Of a DNA stretch of 64,000 nt, positions 1 to 13,581 are shown in pieces (position 1 is the stretch's first letter; every line of letters begins with the position of its first letter). Under the pieces are notes generated by a model. That model was not told the origin of the DNA and ran no database searches. It saw nothing but the letters and a program-made list of their open reading frames with translations. The DNA is from Dudresnaya verticillata (taxonomy: Eukaryota). The translations under genes and the position numbers were made by a program. Location: contig OZ374557.1 in NCBI GenBank assembly GCA_977862235.1, positions 3,100,001 to 3,164,000 on the forward strand, read 5' to 3'.

Positions 1-1278
1 TCTTTATTTCTGGGTATTACATCCACTACAAGTCTCTACCACACCCTTTTCCTCTTTTCCCTTGAGCTACCGCTCACCGAGAGCATTTGTCCCCAGGACA
101 GCTGTCGTGCCGTTTGATCGCCGACTACCTGGCCGAGGGCCATTCTACTACATCCCTCCGACGTTTTATTGTTAGAGAGAAGGGTCCTTTTGTATACCAC
201 ACGCACACCGGCTACAGTAACCCCATTTGATTTGGGTGATCTCCTGAGATTTCCTCCTTACAGAAGGATATTTGTACGCCGATTGCGTATTGCCAACCCC
301 TCCTCGGGTTAAAGGTTAGCGGTGGAGAACTATTGAAGATCGAGGGGCCGAAACGAAAAGGGAGTGTTGCGAAATGGGGTTGTATAGGCCGACGAACGGT
401 TTATGAGAAGGGTTGTAAAAGTAAACGGAAAAACAAACATTTAATGTTTCGTCCCCCCAAGCACCTCGCGCACCGTGGGGACGTGCCCCCTCTGCTGCCT
501 TCTCAGTGTCCCACACACTCTGCTGGCGTGTCCATCATCGAACATCTCCCCGGACAGCGCCCTTGCGTCCAAACGTCTCTGCGGCATTACAGCTAGTGAG
601 ACGTTACGCGTTATGCGTTATGCTTTCGTGGGTAGCATGTGACGGCACCGCACGACGGCGACCCACCCCCTTTATTGGTGCCACAATAGATGAGTCTTCC
701 TATTCGGGTATGCGGAGGCCCCCTCCCTATTGCGGTATGCGGATGCCCCCTCCCTATTGCCCAGAAAAAGGGCCCCCCAGCGCAGCACGGAATGGCAGGG
801 TCTCCCTACAGTACTGAATAGAGACCCCCTTCATAATAGTCATAATTAGGGGAGCTCTTTCCGAAAGCTCCAGGGCAGCACCCCCTTTTCTGGGTTCCGC
901 TCTGCGCCACTAGTCGCAATGCCTCTAGTAAACCCTTCTGCAGTAGCCCCTGATAAAGGTCTCCCCTCAGCATGCAGAAAAGACTGCCTACAGCATGTGC
1001 CTCATGTCTGTCTGCATGCAGCTGCAGCATTGGGGCTGTAATATGAATTTCACAGACCTAAGATTGCGCAGAATTTCATTAGCAGGTCACATCCCCTCCG
1101 AAATTCACTTCTAGAATCGCTGTTTGGGACTCGCATAGGCCGCCGAAACAAAAGGGCTGGGCACCAGCGGGGGAACGGAATGTTTCGGTCCATGAAAAAA
1201 TATATTTCTAGGCCGCCGAAACGTTACGGCTTGTAAATGTTTCGTCCCCTGTTGCCACATATGCGTACTTAATTACGG

Positions 1279-2501
1279 CTAATTGAACGCAGCGACAAGA
1301 ATGGGAAGCTGTACCCTAGTTCCAGCAACGCTAGTATCGTAGTTGTGCACCGTGAAGCTCATCGGTCGCACGCAGATAGTCCGTGCACCCGGCAGACGCG
1401 ATAGCGTCGACGTTTGCGAGGACGAGTTAGAGAGCGGCGCTAAAGTGACGGATACATGCTTCGCATCGAACTGTCTTCTACTGTCACGTCCGTATATAGG
1501 CGAGCTCGCCGCCATGGTGACGACATCCGTGACCATAAATCGAGATCCTGAGTTGAAGTCCCCATATTTTCGAGTCAGCACGACTAAACAGTTCTTCCTT
1601 ATTACCAACCTTACTGAGGCAACTTCTTCCAAACGCTTCGCCACTGAGTCTGATGGTTGCCTGCCGTATGTGTCCGCACCAATGCAAACAAAATCATGGC
1701 CTTCTAGTTTCTCCATCTCTCTTCCATTGACACCGGTAACCTCTACCTTCTTCAGGCATAGACGCGTGGAACCGTTGGGCGGAGCATTGCGTGATTGCGC
1801 GCTTGTTGTATTTAGCTCAACAATGTCAGAGTCCCGGGGCGAGCCGTACCGAAATCTCTGTAGCATAGAGTAGAATACACTGTCCTCCCTCTGACGATAG
1901 TTATGGTCTAGCAAAACAACAGCTCCATTTCCATACCCTGTGAATAGTAGAAACCAAACTCGAGATTGGAAGAAAGTTTCAAAGTAACACTTTGTGTCCT
2001 CAACACCAGAGGTTCCAGCTGAAAGGGATCACCAGCGGTTATGAGCTGTCTTCCACCCATAGGCAATGCGGCGTCCTCCTCCCGCGACGTAAGTCGACGC
2101 AGGACATAGTCGATTGCTTCAATTTCGTTCCTTTTGATGAGAGAAATCTCATCAATGATTAAGCACTTGATCGCCCTCAAAATACCGCATAGTCGTTCAT
2201 TTCCGGATACCTTCTCCCAAAGATGTCTCTTTGACCATTCCCATGAACAATGACCGGAAAACAGGGAGTGCATCGTACATCCATTGAGATTGGACGCAGC
2301 ATTATTGCTCAGTGCACAAACCGCAACTTGCTTGTGACCACTGGAACTAGACCGTGCGCGTCTCACAATTTCTTTCAAAACATGGGTCTTTCCAGACCCC
2401 ACCCCGCCTAGAATAGCCACACTCTTTCCCTTCTGAAAGGCCTTGATAGCATTGGTCTGCGAGCGATCAAGTCCTGTCGCGCTGACCGGATAAACCTCCA
2501 T
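1279..2501 (-). pseudogene. PIF1-family SF1B DNA helicase, frameshifted and C-terminally truncated
   Basis: Walker A GGVGSGKT, LIIDEIS, 'LPMGGRQLITAGDPFQL', 'NYRQ' and 'RVQLPI'. Split over ORFs 1908-2501 and 1279-1914 (frameshift near 1980). Stops before the T-x-H/N-K/R-AQG and YVALSR motifs that the element B copy retains. Confidence 0.88.
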
Positions 2502-3549
2502 GATACTGAAGTATTAGAAGAGGATTGGTCCCAGCTGCTGTTGCCACCTTTTCTAGATAGACTAGACTGGGCTCAAGCTTAAGCAGGGGTCCAAGGTACA
2601 TACAGTCCGGGAGACGGGCTCCGGGTAGTTCAGGCCGTCTCGGAGAAGCTCGTTCCCGCGGGAAGCACGGCGCAAAATGGTGCCAATTTTCAATTGAAAA
2701 TATCAGCATCTTCAGAACCGATGGGTGCCTCTAATCTGAGCTGCTCGGGGATGACATGTGACGGCACAATAGATGTGATATCAAATCTGTTGTAAGCTAG
2801 GCGGCAGCTATGTTGGAGCTGCCGCCCAGCTTGGTATCAACCAATTCTTGGTATCAACCAATTCTCCACCAATTTAGACCGCCCGGTAGACATTTGCAGC
2901 TGTGTGTGAAGCTCCAAGCTCACAAATATTTCCCGCCAGCATCGGCCGCTTCAATCGTAAGAGGCCCTTTGCTCAGGCAAGGAGCGTCTCAAATTCTGTA
3001 GTGGTACAGTAGTAGCCCACAAGAGTCCACAATTATTCAAGGAGTGTTTGCCGCCGCTGCGCGCGCAGACGCAAAAAAGCTGTTAAAGTAATGTCTCAAA
3101 TCGAGCGCTAGCGTGAAGTAGACGCATTCCTCGTACCTTACAAACTTCTTTCATCGCAAATCCCTCGCTGAATTCCGCATATCGCAAAATATCGCAAAGA
3201 GTGTGTGTCCCACAGTATGTAAGCCAAGTCATGATTTTCCCCACCCTTTACGCACACAAGAAGGTGTGGCGCACCAAACCAGATAGTGCACTGCCATGGT
3301 ATGTCTGCCGACATCATAGGATACGTACGTGTGTAAAATGCGTGTGTTTTCCAGCGTAGGGGAGAAGAGCCGACAGACTTGTTGATAGCACTATATATCC
3401 GGATACGATTACTCCTGCAGCACATCCGCGTTTTGTTGCTCACGTATCCTACCGTGACCAAGAATTGCGTGTACGAAACCTCGGCTTCGATATGGTCCGG
3501 AATAGCCCGTCATTTCTCGAGTTTACTTGCCGCCTTCCGAAATAGCCTG

Positions 3550-3720
3550 TCTCCGAAACAAATTTCCACGATCGTGACGCCTGTGAAATATGAATTCACA
3601 GGAAACAGGTCTGGGAAATACGGTTCTGGGTTACCAAGTCTATGAGTAACAGTTTCACAGTCATCGTGACTTCGAACACAATTTCACAGACACTGCAGCT
3701 GTGGAAGTAATTCCACGCGC
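3550..3720. repeat. Degenerate ~30-bp-period array of spaced palindrome CTGTGAAA-N4-TTTCACAG
   Basis: Units near 3550, 3580 (cctgtgaaatatgaattcacagg), 3610, 3640, 3670 and 3700. Confidence 0.6.
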
Positions 3721-5895
3721 ATGAATGCCTGCAGATTCGCTTTCGTGTTCGTAAACGTCTGTGCACCAAGTATTTTTCACGGCCTTGTTTCCGGAAATAG
3801 CACAGCCAGTATAGTAGTTGACCTTCCGTCACCTGTGAGCACGGGTCTTCACCGTCTGAGATCTGTCCAGCGTCCCAAAGGAACTGAACAACTGTTGGAG
3901 CTGAAAGATCCTCAAGCTTCGTAGGAACAATCTTCTGCAAAAAGTGATGGCCAAGTAAATGCTGGCAGGAAGGAAGCTCATACCAATCCGAGTACGGGTA
4001 GTGAAAAGTGGCACCTCCAGGCGTTTCTGGATTCATTCGGAAATCACACAGAGTTACTGCCCTTGCAATATTCATCTGAGATGTCCGGGCAGCGCTGGAT
4101 CTTCTTTTCTTCCTTCCGAGCGCAAAACTTTCAACATCAGGTTCCTCCCAAGGTCTATCATCCACCATAATGGCTGTGCCTACAAAACGTCCAGCCGTAC
4201 CAGATTCTTCTGTGTATGCGTATGGACCTTTAACTAAGACCCTTTTGATAGCATCTTTCTTCCATAAAACAACCTCAGATTCACAGTCGTGCAGGGAGTC
4301 AGGAGCCGCATCCGTGGCCACCTGCGATACACTTGCGAACCGAGTAGCAATTTCGCCTTCCGCGACCTTCCCTCCCTTGAAGAATCGAATTTCTGGGTGG
4401 ACCGATCCTTTACCAACCTCGATGTCCCTGCCATCCACCTTCGAAATGAATGAGCATGCCGGGCGTTGGTCGAACGCGCACCTCTCGGGACCTCCACATA
4501 CGCACTGCATGTCATTGATGCTCGTCTCCCCGCGGGTCGCCTTCTTTCTTACCCTCCGATTAGTATCATTAGTATCACTATTCCTTCTCTCTGACTCCTT
4601 CGGAGTACCCTTGTGCTTTACCCTTGCCCGCTTCGTGTAAATCCTCCAAACCCTGCACGACTTCTGGAAGACAATCCCTTGCTTTGCTATCTCAAGTAAC
4701 GCCTTGCCAGCACTTCCCTCCATTCCAGTCGTCATCAGATTCGTGCAAAGGGCAGCAAAATTCTGGGTCTTCGTATTCCTGTCCGGCTTCTTGATATCCA
4801 TCTTCACGTAGAGGGTTTCAAGTTGCTCATAGTCTTGTATCTCCCCGTCACTTCCAATCCAAGGTGCGAAAGAAACCGTTCTAACTTTAACTACTTTCCC
4901 ACGAACGTTCTCCGGGATTAGAGAGTTGTAAACAAGCTCGCCAACCGTATTGATTTGATCTGGCGCAGTAATCGTATCGCCTAAAACAGTCCCCGTAGCG
5001 TTCTGCGCTACGTGCCTCACTTCTGTGTCCCGTAACTTTTGCACAGCCCAAACCAACTCATTCACATGCAGGTCCTTGTAGCTATAGTACTTAGTCCGAA
5101 TCGGGTGTGTGATGTGACCTCCACCATCCAGTAGCAGAGACGTACACCGGGCAGAAACTTCTATCGGAACCTCCACATCAAAACCAGATTGGTGAGATGC
5201 CTCCTTTTCCGCCGGCGGATCGAAACGATCGTTTACCGACGTATTCTTCTCAAGACCGTTTCCAATCGAAGCTGAAGAAGGCAAAGGCTCTCGATGGCCT
5301 GTCGTTACACACGAGTTCGAAGTACTTCCGTCATTCACAGTCGTTCTGGACCTTTCTTTCCTTGAGCGTTTCGTGGGATGCCGAGGTGTGCTTTTCGACT
5401 TTGCATTGCCCACATCTCGTCGCTGTAGTCCTGGCGGTCCGTCTCCATGACTGTCAAGGCGGGAGTTCCCCATCGGTAGTCGCGGTCTTCCTGGTTGGCT
5501 CCGTTCACCCTCGGTGGGCCGTGTTTCGTTACGCTCTCCATGCCTAGTCGCCCCCTCCTCACGACTTGTGCCAGGCACACGTGCAGGTGCCTGCACGTAG
5601 GGAGCAGCAGTACCAGGTGCTCCCCAGATGCGAAAGACTTCCCTAATGCTGCATTCGGTCTACGTCCCGTCTCGAACTCTCCGCCATCAGTCGGACTATA
5701 TTCTTTCACGCACACGAGAACCTTCAATTTACCGATTCCTGCCTTGCTCTTACTGACATCTTCCACCCATCTTGCGCACTCAATTATAGTTGTTAATGTG
5801 GAAACAACTGGCGATAAACTAGCAGGAACACCGTCGCTGCAATCATTTCCACACATCCGCCGTAGACACGGCAATAAGATTTCCAGTACACGCAT
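3596..5895 (-). CDS. Conserved transposon-associated protein of unknown function (copy A; probable frameshift between ORFs 5335-5895 and 3596-5596)
   Basis: 666-aa ORF sharing blocks with ORF 61787-62836: W-K-x-x-[IL]-x-RV-x-VKG-x-Y, GTAI[ML]VD, AV-x-L-x-DF, YPY-x-x-WY and a Cys cluster. Confidence 0.7.
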
Positions 5896-7087
5896 ATCCG
5901 GGCGGTCTTACGTAAAGTCCTTCGTAACCGCTGCGCAGCCGAACTTCACGTGAAAGAAAGGTAATAATTTCCGGGTTGTTTGCCGCTGCAGCGCGCAAGA
6001 GACGCAGACAAAACAGGAATGTTAGCTATAGCAGCACAGCACAAAAAGCGAAATGCGGGGAGCAGGCAGTGTGGACAGCAATATCTCACGCGTGAGATAA
6101 ATAGATGCAAGAACAGTAGCGCAATCTTGTTCTGGTTGACCCAATCTGTAGCATGGAAGCCGAAATAAGTCTGCAGATACCTCTAGATTAGCAGTATCGG
6201 GACGTTGCGCATATGAAATTCCTGCGCGCAGACGTCTGGAGCATCAGTAGCCTAGGCCGTTCAACAACAAGTCTTGAAGACGGCGATCACCGTATGGCAA
6301 CAAGGCAGATGACTGCTGCGAGGGTGGGGATGAGGACTGGTTGCAACGCCGGGGGCATAGGATCATGAACCTGCACGTTTTCCAGACGTCTTCTCTGACG
6401 CCCGCAATCGAGATGTAGCAATGCAGCCCCGTGCCCCTTGATTTGCGGAACTGAACCGTGTTTAAAAGTTAGATTTTTTTGCAAAATTTTCGAAGCATGA
6501 AAATGGGCACGGCTGCATGCAGCAAGCCCAGAAAATGATTTCCTGTACCAAGTGCAAAAATGAGGAGAGTTCTCATCCAAGCAGCGCTGGCAACGTTGTT
6601 TCCCAAGCACAGCTTTACGCAATACCAAAACCATTCCTTCAGTGACGAAAAGCCCTTCGAGAGGCCCTCCGCGGGGCCCCGCTGGGCCCTGTGGAATGCC
6701 CGGGTATGCCTGCGATGGCAATTTCATTTCCGTGTGATTCGCAGTTAACTTTTTAGCTAGAAGCACAAAATGGCAGAAACGTTGCGTAGGGGAGGTGAAG
6801 AGTATACATTACAGAATACGGTACTAGTCGAAAAGCGCGCGTGTGCCGCAAGGCGCGATACATCCTCCATTAGAATTTTGGACCAGTCTTGACTGTAGTG
6901 CACTAGTGACTGCTCAATCCAGCTGGATTTGGCGTGTAGAGCTGTAGCATGCCACTATGTGCACATAGTGACTATTTACTCTTTGCCCTCAACTGACAGA
7001 GATAACTACTTATTACTGAACCATACGGTTCTGTTTCATAACATTTGTGAAGCAATAGGTCTGATACCATTCGTTTCTGGAGCAATA

Positions 7088-7260
7088 AATCTGAACATAT
7101 TGTTTTCGGAACCACGAAGTCCGAAAATACTCTTTCCTGAAGCTACTGGTCTTTGGAATAGTCTTTTGGTCACTAAGGGCTCCGAAATGAAATTCTGAGG
7201 CCCGGAGTAGCCGAAGTAGTTTTCTGATCCAAAACGCCCTGCGAACATAAGTTCACAGAC
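7088..7260. repeat. Degenerate ~30-bp-period palindromic array downstream of the transposase
   Basis: Units such as ctccgaaatgaaattctgagg and cctgcgaacataagttcacagac at ~30-bp spacing. Confidence 0.45.
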
Positions 7261-7342
7261 AATTAGTTAGGACATTCTACTATGCAATCATGAAGCTTAC
7301 AAAACGGGTTTAGTGGTCCTGCACGCACGCTCCTACAGAAAA

Positions 7343-10300
7343 CTACTCTGAACAACACGGACATGTCAGTTCGAGGCAACTGAAGTACGTCCAGTGAAGA
7401 TCTGCTTCAGAAACATCCATTGGGCTGCTGTTGTACATTGGCGATGATTTCGCTTTGGCCTTCAAGTTTAGAATACAGACTTAATATGCCAGTAGAGCTA
7501 TGTAGAACTCCTGGTAACAGTAGCGGAGACTCTTCTCGATTTCCGAAACTGCGCGATTCCTCTGTTCATGGGCGACCGTGTTGGACATGTTGAGGTTATC
7601 GTGCGAGGTAGGGACGTAACTCGGCGAGCAATTGTGATTTAGAGCATGAAGGGAATCAGAAGTTATCGTTGTGTCCTCAATGGCCCACCAAAGAGTATGC
7701 GCTGCGCTGTTGTACAGTCCGCAGGCAAAGTCGTAGATAATATGCCGAGGTAGACGGGGAAACCGCGACACGATGGCATCCAGTACAGACCTCGGCCCTT
7801 CATTCTTCTCCAGCACCTTGAACCCCATGATAATAGGAGATGAACAAGAGCAGCAGAATGTCAACGCGCCTGGAGTGTAACTCTTATTCTTCTGCAAGTA
7901 ACGCTTGGAGCAGACACCGAAGAAATCGTCCTGAGATATACCCTTTAACTCGTCATTAAACGGCATCGGACGCACTTGTGGGTGGGCGGGGAAGAAAACT
8001 CCGGTTCTACAAGCAGATGCGTACTGATTGTCAATATTCGCTTCAAGCCTATTGGCAAGGTTAATTCCCAAGTACTTGGCTCGCAGTGATTCAAATTCAG
8101 CACTTCTCCAGTCTTTTGCGAAACTGGAAGCTTTGCAGACTCCCGGTGGCAATGTAACATAGAATTCATAAAAGTCCCTCACCCGTCTCACCACATCATG
8201 AAGCGATTTCCCTATATGTTGCAGCAGAACTTCGCACACGTTTTCGAGGTACAACGTCGCGGAGAGTCCTCCGCGCAGTATCCGTAGAAACCTTAGCACA
8301 TTATAGTTTTCGGTCTGACTCCTCTGTGCAATCGGAACAGTTGTCTCCTTCAGTTGTTCTTTAACTCCTTCAATTCCTGCCATGCAAGCGTTAGCTACAG
8401 TAGATAGACTTTGCAGCTGCTTCTTTGTCACAAGCTGAGTACATGGGGCCTGCACTAATGCCTTAAAAAGTATGAACAAGTCATGTCGGCAGTCCCTTAG
8501 GACTTCTTCTTCCTCGTCTCGATCTGATGTGAAGCTACTGTTCCACGGCAAACCTTGAGTATCAGCTATACTAGCAACGCTATCCCTTGAAATATATGCC
8601 GTGACAGTTTCCTTAACTCCTTCATGCGCAGCTGTCAGCGCATTCCTGTTGTTGCGCTGACATACCTTCACAAGGTACTTCAGAAGCGCCCTACACAGAC
8701 GTAGAAGCAACACCTCCTCAGTAAAAATGAGAGTTTTGAGCTCCCGAATCCTCTTCAGTACGCATTCGCCTATGTCATCGCTACAGTCACCACCGTTTCT
8801 ACCACATATGGACTCCTGGAAGTAGCTGGTTGGAAGAACAGAGGGGTTGATGAGACAAACTACTGAAGCACATGCCGAAACCGTTTGGCCAGTAATGGTA
8901 ATTGAGGAGCCCTCTATAGCAGAGATCAGTAGGAGCGCGGTCTGTTCCCGGCGAAGCAGTCCGGGAAGCGGACGCTTTCTCGTAGCATTCTGGGAGACTG
9001 CCCTAGACACGTGTAGCGCCTCGCAAGGTTGGGACGCGTTTGTAAACTTCCTTCGCAACCTTTTCTGATACCCACTCCATATGCCATCCGCGCAAATTGC
9101 ATGCATCCGTCCAGTCGCCTCGCATGTGTTGCACTGAAATAAACTTCGCGGTGGCGCAACAACGATTAACTTGCACATAACCACACACAGTTTCTGAATC
9201 AACCTTGCAGAACGCCACCCATGCTGGCTTCCAACAATCCCGCGTCATCAGACGTCGTTCTCGGACTCCTTTCGGACCAGACATTTCTAACAGGAGGTGG
9301 TGCATGCTGCGCTCCTGCCCCGGGGGGATGCGATGAATCATCATGTGTATCCTGAATCGATTGGGATGCGGGGGCATCATATCCTTCTAAATCGAAAAGT
9401 CCGTCTCGGACATTCCTGTCAACTTGTTTCTGGAACTGCTGCTCTGGTGTCAACGTAGAGTCGCGCTGCAACCAAATCCCTGGGATTAAATCTGCACTTA
9501 TGTTAGAGAGCATTGTGGAGTGGAACTGCTGTATGCGCCCGCTAACAGTTCCATTCGTCAAAGACACACCTGTCAATATGTCTCGGAGTACCACATGTGT
9601 AGCTGCAGAAGATAGCATCAGGAGTAATATACCATGGTCCCGCCCTTCAGAATGAATCTTCGCATTGCAAGACAGGCTGCTGCACTGGAATATCTCTATA
9701 TGCATTCGGCAAGATCCAGCCGAGAATAAGAGAATGCCCTCCTGAAGTTTCCTACTGCTTTCGGAACGTAGACTGTGGCATACCATACATATCTTTGGAG
9801 CCTTGACGAGAAATGCGGCACACTTCTGCGATAGCTGCAATACTTCCCGGTCAACTCGAATGCTCCGTGTGCAGTTGACAATTGGAAGTGGGAAATAGGA
9901 TACTGATTGTAGGTCGAGCATGGGATTCCAGTCCGGGCCGTGTTGCATAGTTCTGGGACGCTGCTGCGGTCCAGACCCTTCAGTACCGTTCACCGGCCCT
10001 CCATGAGTATCTAGTGAATGGAATAAAGTGACGTGCTTACAACTAGTCGTCTTTGACAAATCGCAGAAGGCGCATATCCTGTGCTCCCCATTCCGCATCG
10101 TACGCCTTATCGGAATGTATAGAAGCTCATCTGTAGAGAGTGGATCCGCCCTAGCAATTACAGATATCGCTGTTCCATGGTGGTTTCACAGATGAGGAAG
10201 GTCGAACATGAATACAGCACATTCCACATCGCCAAACTTACTTTGCACATTTCAATTAACGCCAGTGCGCATTCCGTTCGTGTGGTAGGTAGATAGCCTG

Positions 10301-11317
10301 ACAGACAGGTTGATATCTCGTCCAGTAGAGATGTAAATGCTCCAGCATGATGACAGCACGGATCTTTGAAGGCATCCAGACTCGTTCTAACACGATAATC
10401 GGTATACCCAATGCAAGTACAGCGAATTGAACCCGCCTTGTCTATCCATGTACAACACGTGTGGCGTTCTCTAGACTTGGATGCAACTCCCTGACCGCCT
10501 GAGGGAATAGTTTTTGTTGATGTAGAGAACCGTGCGCGTATACCAATAACTGAACCGAAAAGTAGCTCCAAACCATTGTTTCTCTCTTTTCGTCTAGAAT
10601 GGCTTCCGAGGAGAGCGGCAAGTCGACCCCCCAACTCTGCAGAGCTAATTATCCTCGAATTGGAACTTTGTCCAGTTGAGCCAGTCCTTGCAGAAACTTC
10701 AAGGTACTGCAGCAATTGATTTGCAACACCTTCCTGTCCATTGCTAGGAATTGTTGCAATGAAGCGGCAAAGCAAGGCTTTGCTTTGCAAGGCGTACGCC
10801 ATTCTAATGAAACCAACCTGTCTCCTAGCACGTCTTCCTAGCGATGACCACTCCCTGCCCGATTTTGATACCGCGGCCTAACAAGACCCAGGTCAGGCCG
10901 TAGAGGCAAGTCGTGGTACGACATGCTTCCCCTCGGGTCTGAAATATACCTCTCATACATATCCGTCGTCGTACCGATAGGGTCAGGTAACGCCGTACCC
11001 CCATGTGCTTCTTCTGCAAAATCCTTCAATACCTCCCTCACCTCCTCCTCACTAAATCCACAATTTGAGACAACGCCCAGACATTCAGACCTGTCTCTCC
11101 CAGGGGCTTCTGTTAGGGTGCTCGCATCCACAGGGCCTCGAAGTAATGATCTACTAGTAGAAGCCCCCCTAGACCACTTCACACTGCTGTATGGAAGGGT
11201 AGAGGCGCCGCGGTCACTACTGAGAACGTGAGATCCACTATCTTCATCGGAATCATACTCTGCACCAAACGAGCGCACATAGTCACGATACGGACTAGAC
11301 GAATCGGTACAGGACAT
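7343..11317 (-). pseudogene. SWIM-like + CxC cluster + KDZ (Kyakuja/HMGXB3-like) DDE transposase, disrupted
   Basis: Catalytic-type motifs CADG, 'TPGALTFCCSC', 'IIYDFACGL', 'SDSLHALNH-C' and 'NTVAHEQRN'. Upstream CTC..CCHH and CxxC..CKH Zn motifs plus a CxxC..CxxxxC cluster. Fragmented into ORFs 10838-11317, 10158-10802, 9199-10098 and 7481-9202. Homology to copy B continues past the TAA at 7481-7483 to a TAG at 7343 (LTCPCC). Confidence 0.85.
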
Positions 11318-11322
11318 CGGAA

Positions 11323-11340
11323 TCCGGGGGTGTTTGCCGC
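11323..11340 (-). promoter_or_regulatory. Shared upstream motif GCGGCAAACACYCCCGGA (transposase copy)
   Basis: Near-identical motif at 13516, 18555 and 21472 (+) and at 5970 and 3041 (-), always co-oriented with the next gene. Confidence 0.6.
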
Positions 11341-13581
11341 TCGCACGTGCTCGGGTCGGGTCGTATACGAAAGGCCAGGGCCCAGAATTGGAAGAAACAG
11401 GCAGGAAGTGAGGGCCGCGCGCGTACGAGTTCGCAAGATAGGAAGAGAAGATATACGTCAGTGATAAGCCTCGGGGCGAAAGCGGGTGCGAGCGGATGGA
11501 TAGGAACAGCTTGGGGGCTTCGGCAAGGTTTATATTTCTGCTTCCGGAAGCCGTCGAGCTCCCCCATACTCCGCGGAGAATTACGGAAGAGGATCACTTC
11601 CTTCTCCTCGCTGCACCCGGGTGGGGCCCCTGCACACACTCTGAATAACGCCTACACGGCCATGCGCATGGCTCGCCAGTTGCGCAACTGGCTCCGACAT
11701 GATGGGGGCCAAAGAAAATACCGACCGCTAATTTCTGATAATAGCAGTTCAGATTTAATTTGCATCACGGTGCTACTTTTGCGCACAGATGAGCAGTATG
11801 AAAGCCGTCCCTAGACGCCCTAAAAAGGCCACTTTTGTAGCACGTTTGTCGTTGTTCCTACGGTACGCCCGAACTGAATATGCTAATTTCTTTCCGTCAG
11901 CTTCAACATCATGGGAAGGGCTTACTGCTTCCAATAGAGCAAGACGAAGTCCGGGAGAAAGCACAGGTTGGCCGTAATTTTTCATACATTGAATACAGGA
12001 CGCTTGTTTTAAAGAATACGTAGCATTTTGCCTCATATCTCCGTAGTTAGACCCTTAATCTTAAAACAAATCGCATTTAGACAACCTAGCAGTGTCCCTA
12101 CAGTGGCAATGCGGTGCTAGATTTGAAACATCTCGGAAGTCGAAAGTGCAGTATCCTCTTGTCAATGTTTAGCAATCTGCTGTAGTTAGCTACATCTTTC
12201 TGAACAACAAACTTGGATTTGAACTTTGGGAATTAGATGCCATAATCCTTTCAGTACATCACTGTGGATGTGGAATGAGTATGAAATACTTTTGTTTTGG
12301 AAGAAAACCCGTTTTCTCTGCGTAGTTCGTCTCTGAATAGCAGTTTGGGTGCTATCCCAATGTTCAGCATGCTTTAACTCCTTAGTTATTCAAGAAAGGT
12401 ATATGAATCGAACTGTATTACGCAGTGTACCGTATGTCTGTGTATTCGAACAGTAAAAATTGGATTTAGTGTCCATTCCTCTGATATATCTTAAAAAGTC
12501 TCTGGAGGTCTCCAAATAATGATTTCACAGACCGCAAAACGCTAAAAATAATTTTACAGATGTGATAGCTGCGAAAATACATGTCACAGTCTGAATGTCT
12601 CGGAAAGCATATTTCACAGGTCGGGAACAATTACATTCTCCAATCCCACAAGCGTCACTGCAACTACAATGTGTACGGTCTTTCATGCAAGCGTGAGGCA
12701 TGCATTCCAATGCTCATGATCCCAGAATGCAGCACCGCAATAGCACCGCGAGACCCGAAATCTAACTACATTCAATTGCTACGAACAAACCTGTGCTTAC
12801 AATTGTAACTGTACAATAACCACGGTCTGAAGACCGTATACCTACAAACGGGGTTTCACAGGTCGTAAGTCTGGAAAGGTGAGAAACTCACTGATTTTGT
12901 TTGATTCATTCTATTTTGGTTTTACTTCAAAAATCCTTTTATGTTTTTGATCCACCACGATTTGTAACCGCACCCGTGCACGTGCATCAAAAGCCCTAAC
13001 TCCACCAGGATCAACTCCAGTTGGCATGCGGATCTAATGCGCCCCTGCCGCCCCATTATTTTGGCGGGTGCACCCGCGGGCGGTTCGTCGGCTCAGGGCG
13101 TACCGACGGCCATGTTCGTCGTGGGCGCAATAGTTCCGCCGACGGCTGTCGCCCGCGCGCGAACTGTGGAACAACATCGCCTGACCCGGGTCCAGCTGAA
13201 CATTCAAGAACTACTAACCTGTACTCTTATTCCCTGTGTGCGCGCGACCAGTGGTATCCTGCACTCACATCCACACTCCCTCCGACCCACACTCCCACAC
13301 CTACCTTTTCTCACAACTTCCTGCTTCTGCGAGCACCGTGGTGCCGGTCGTGTTGGCAAGCACCCAGCGAAAGGTGAGGCTCTCTTTGGCCGAGCCGAGC
13401 CCGCGCGTGGCCGGAGCCTCGCTGTGTTCACAACAGCAGAGGCTTACCGCCCACTCATTGACGCACTACTCTCTTCCGTGCTCAGTGGTTATTGTGTTTT
13501 TGCGTGTGCGTGCATGCGGCAAACACTCCCGGAAAAGCGATACACCTTGTTCCTTACGGAAGTTTCTACAGTGCGCGCGTC

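Noticed and set aside
699..760. 27-bp tandem duplication (also a 17-bp duplication near 2831-2866)
   Set aside because: Small local duplications without further structure.
1279..2501. Helitron interpretation of the PIF1 genes
   Set aside because: No HUH/Y2 Rep motifs are fused or adjacent in either copy; the linked transposase is KDZ DDE-type.
5944..5956. cttcacgtgaaag resembling bacterial parS
   Set aside because: Single partial match; likely chance or a variant of the element A half-sites.
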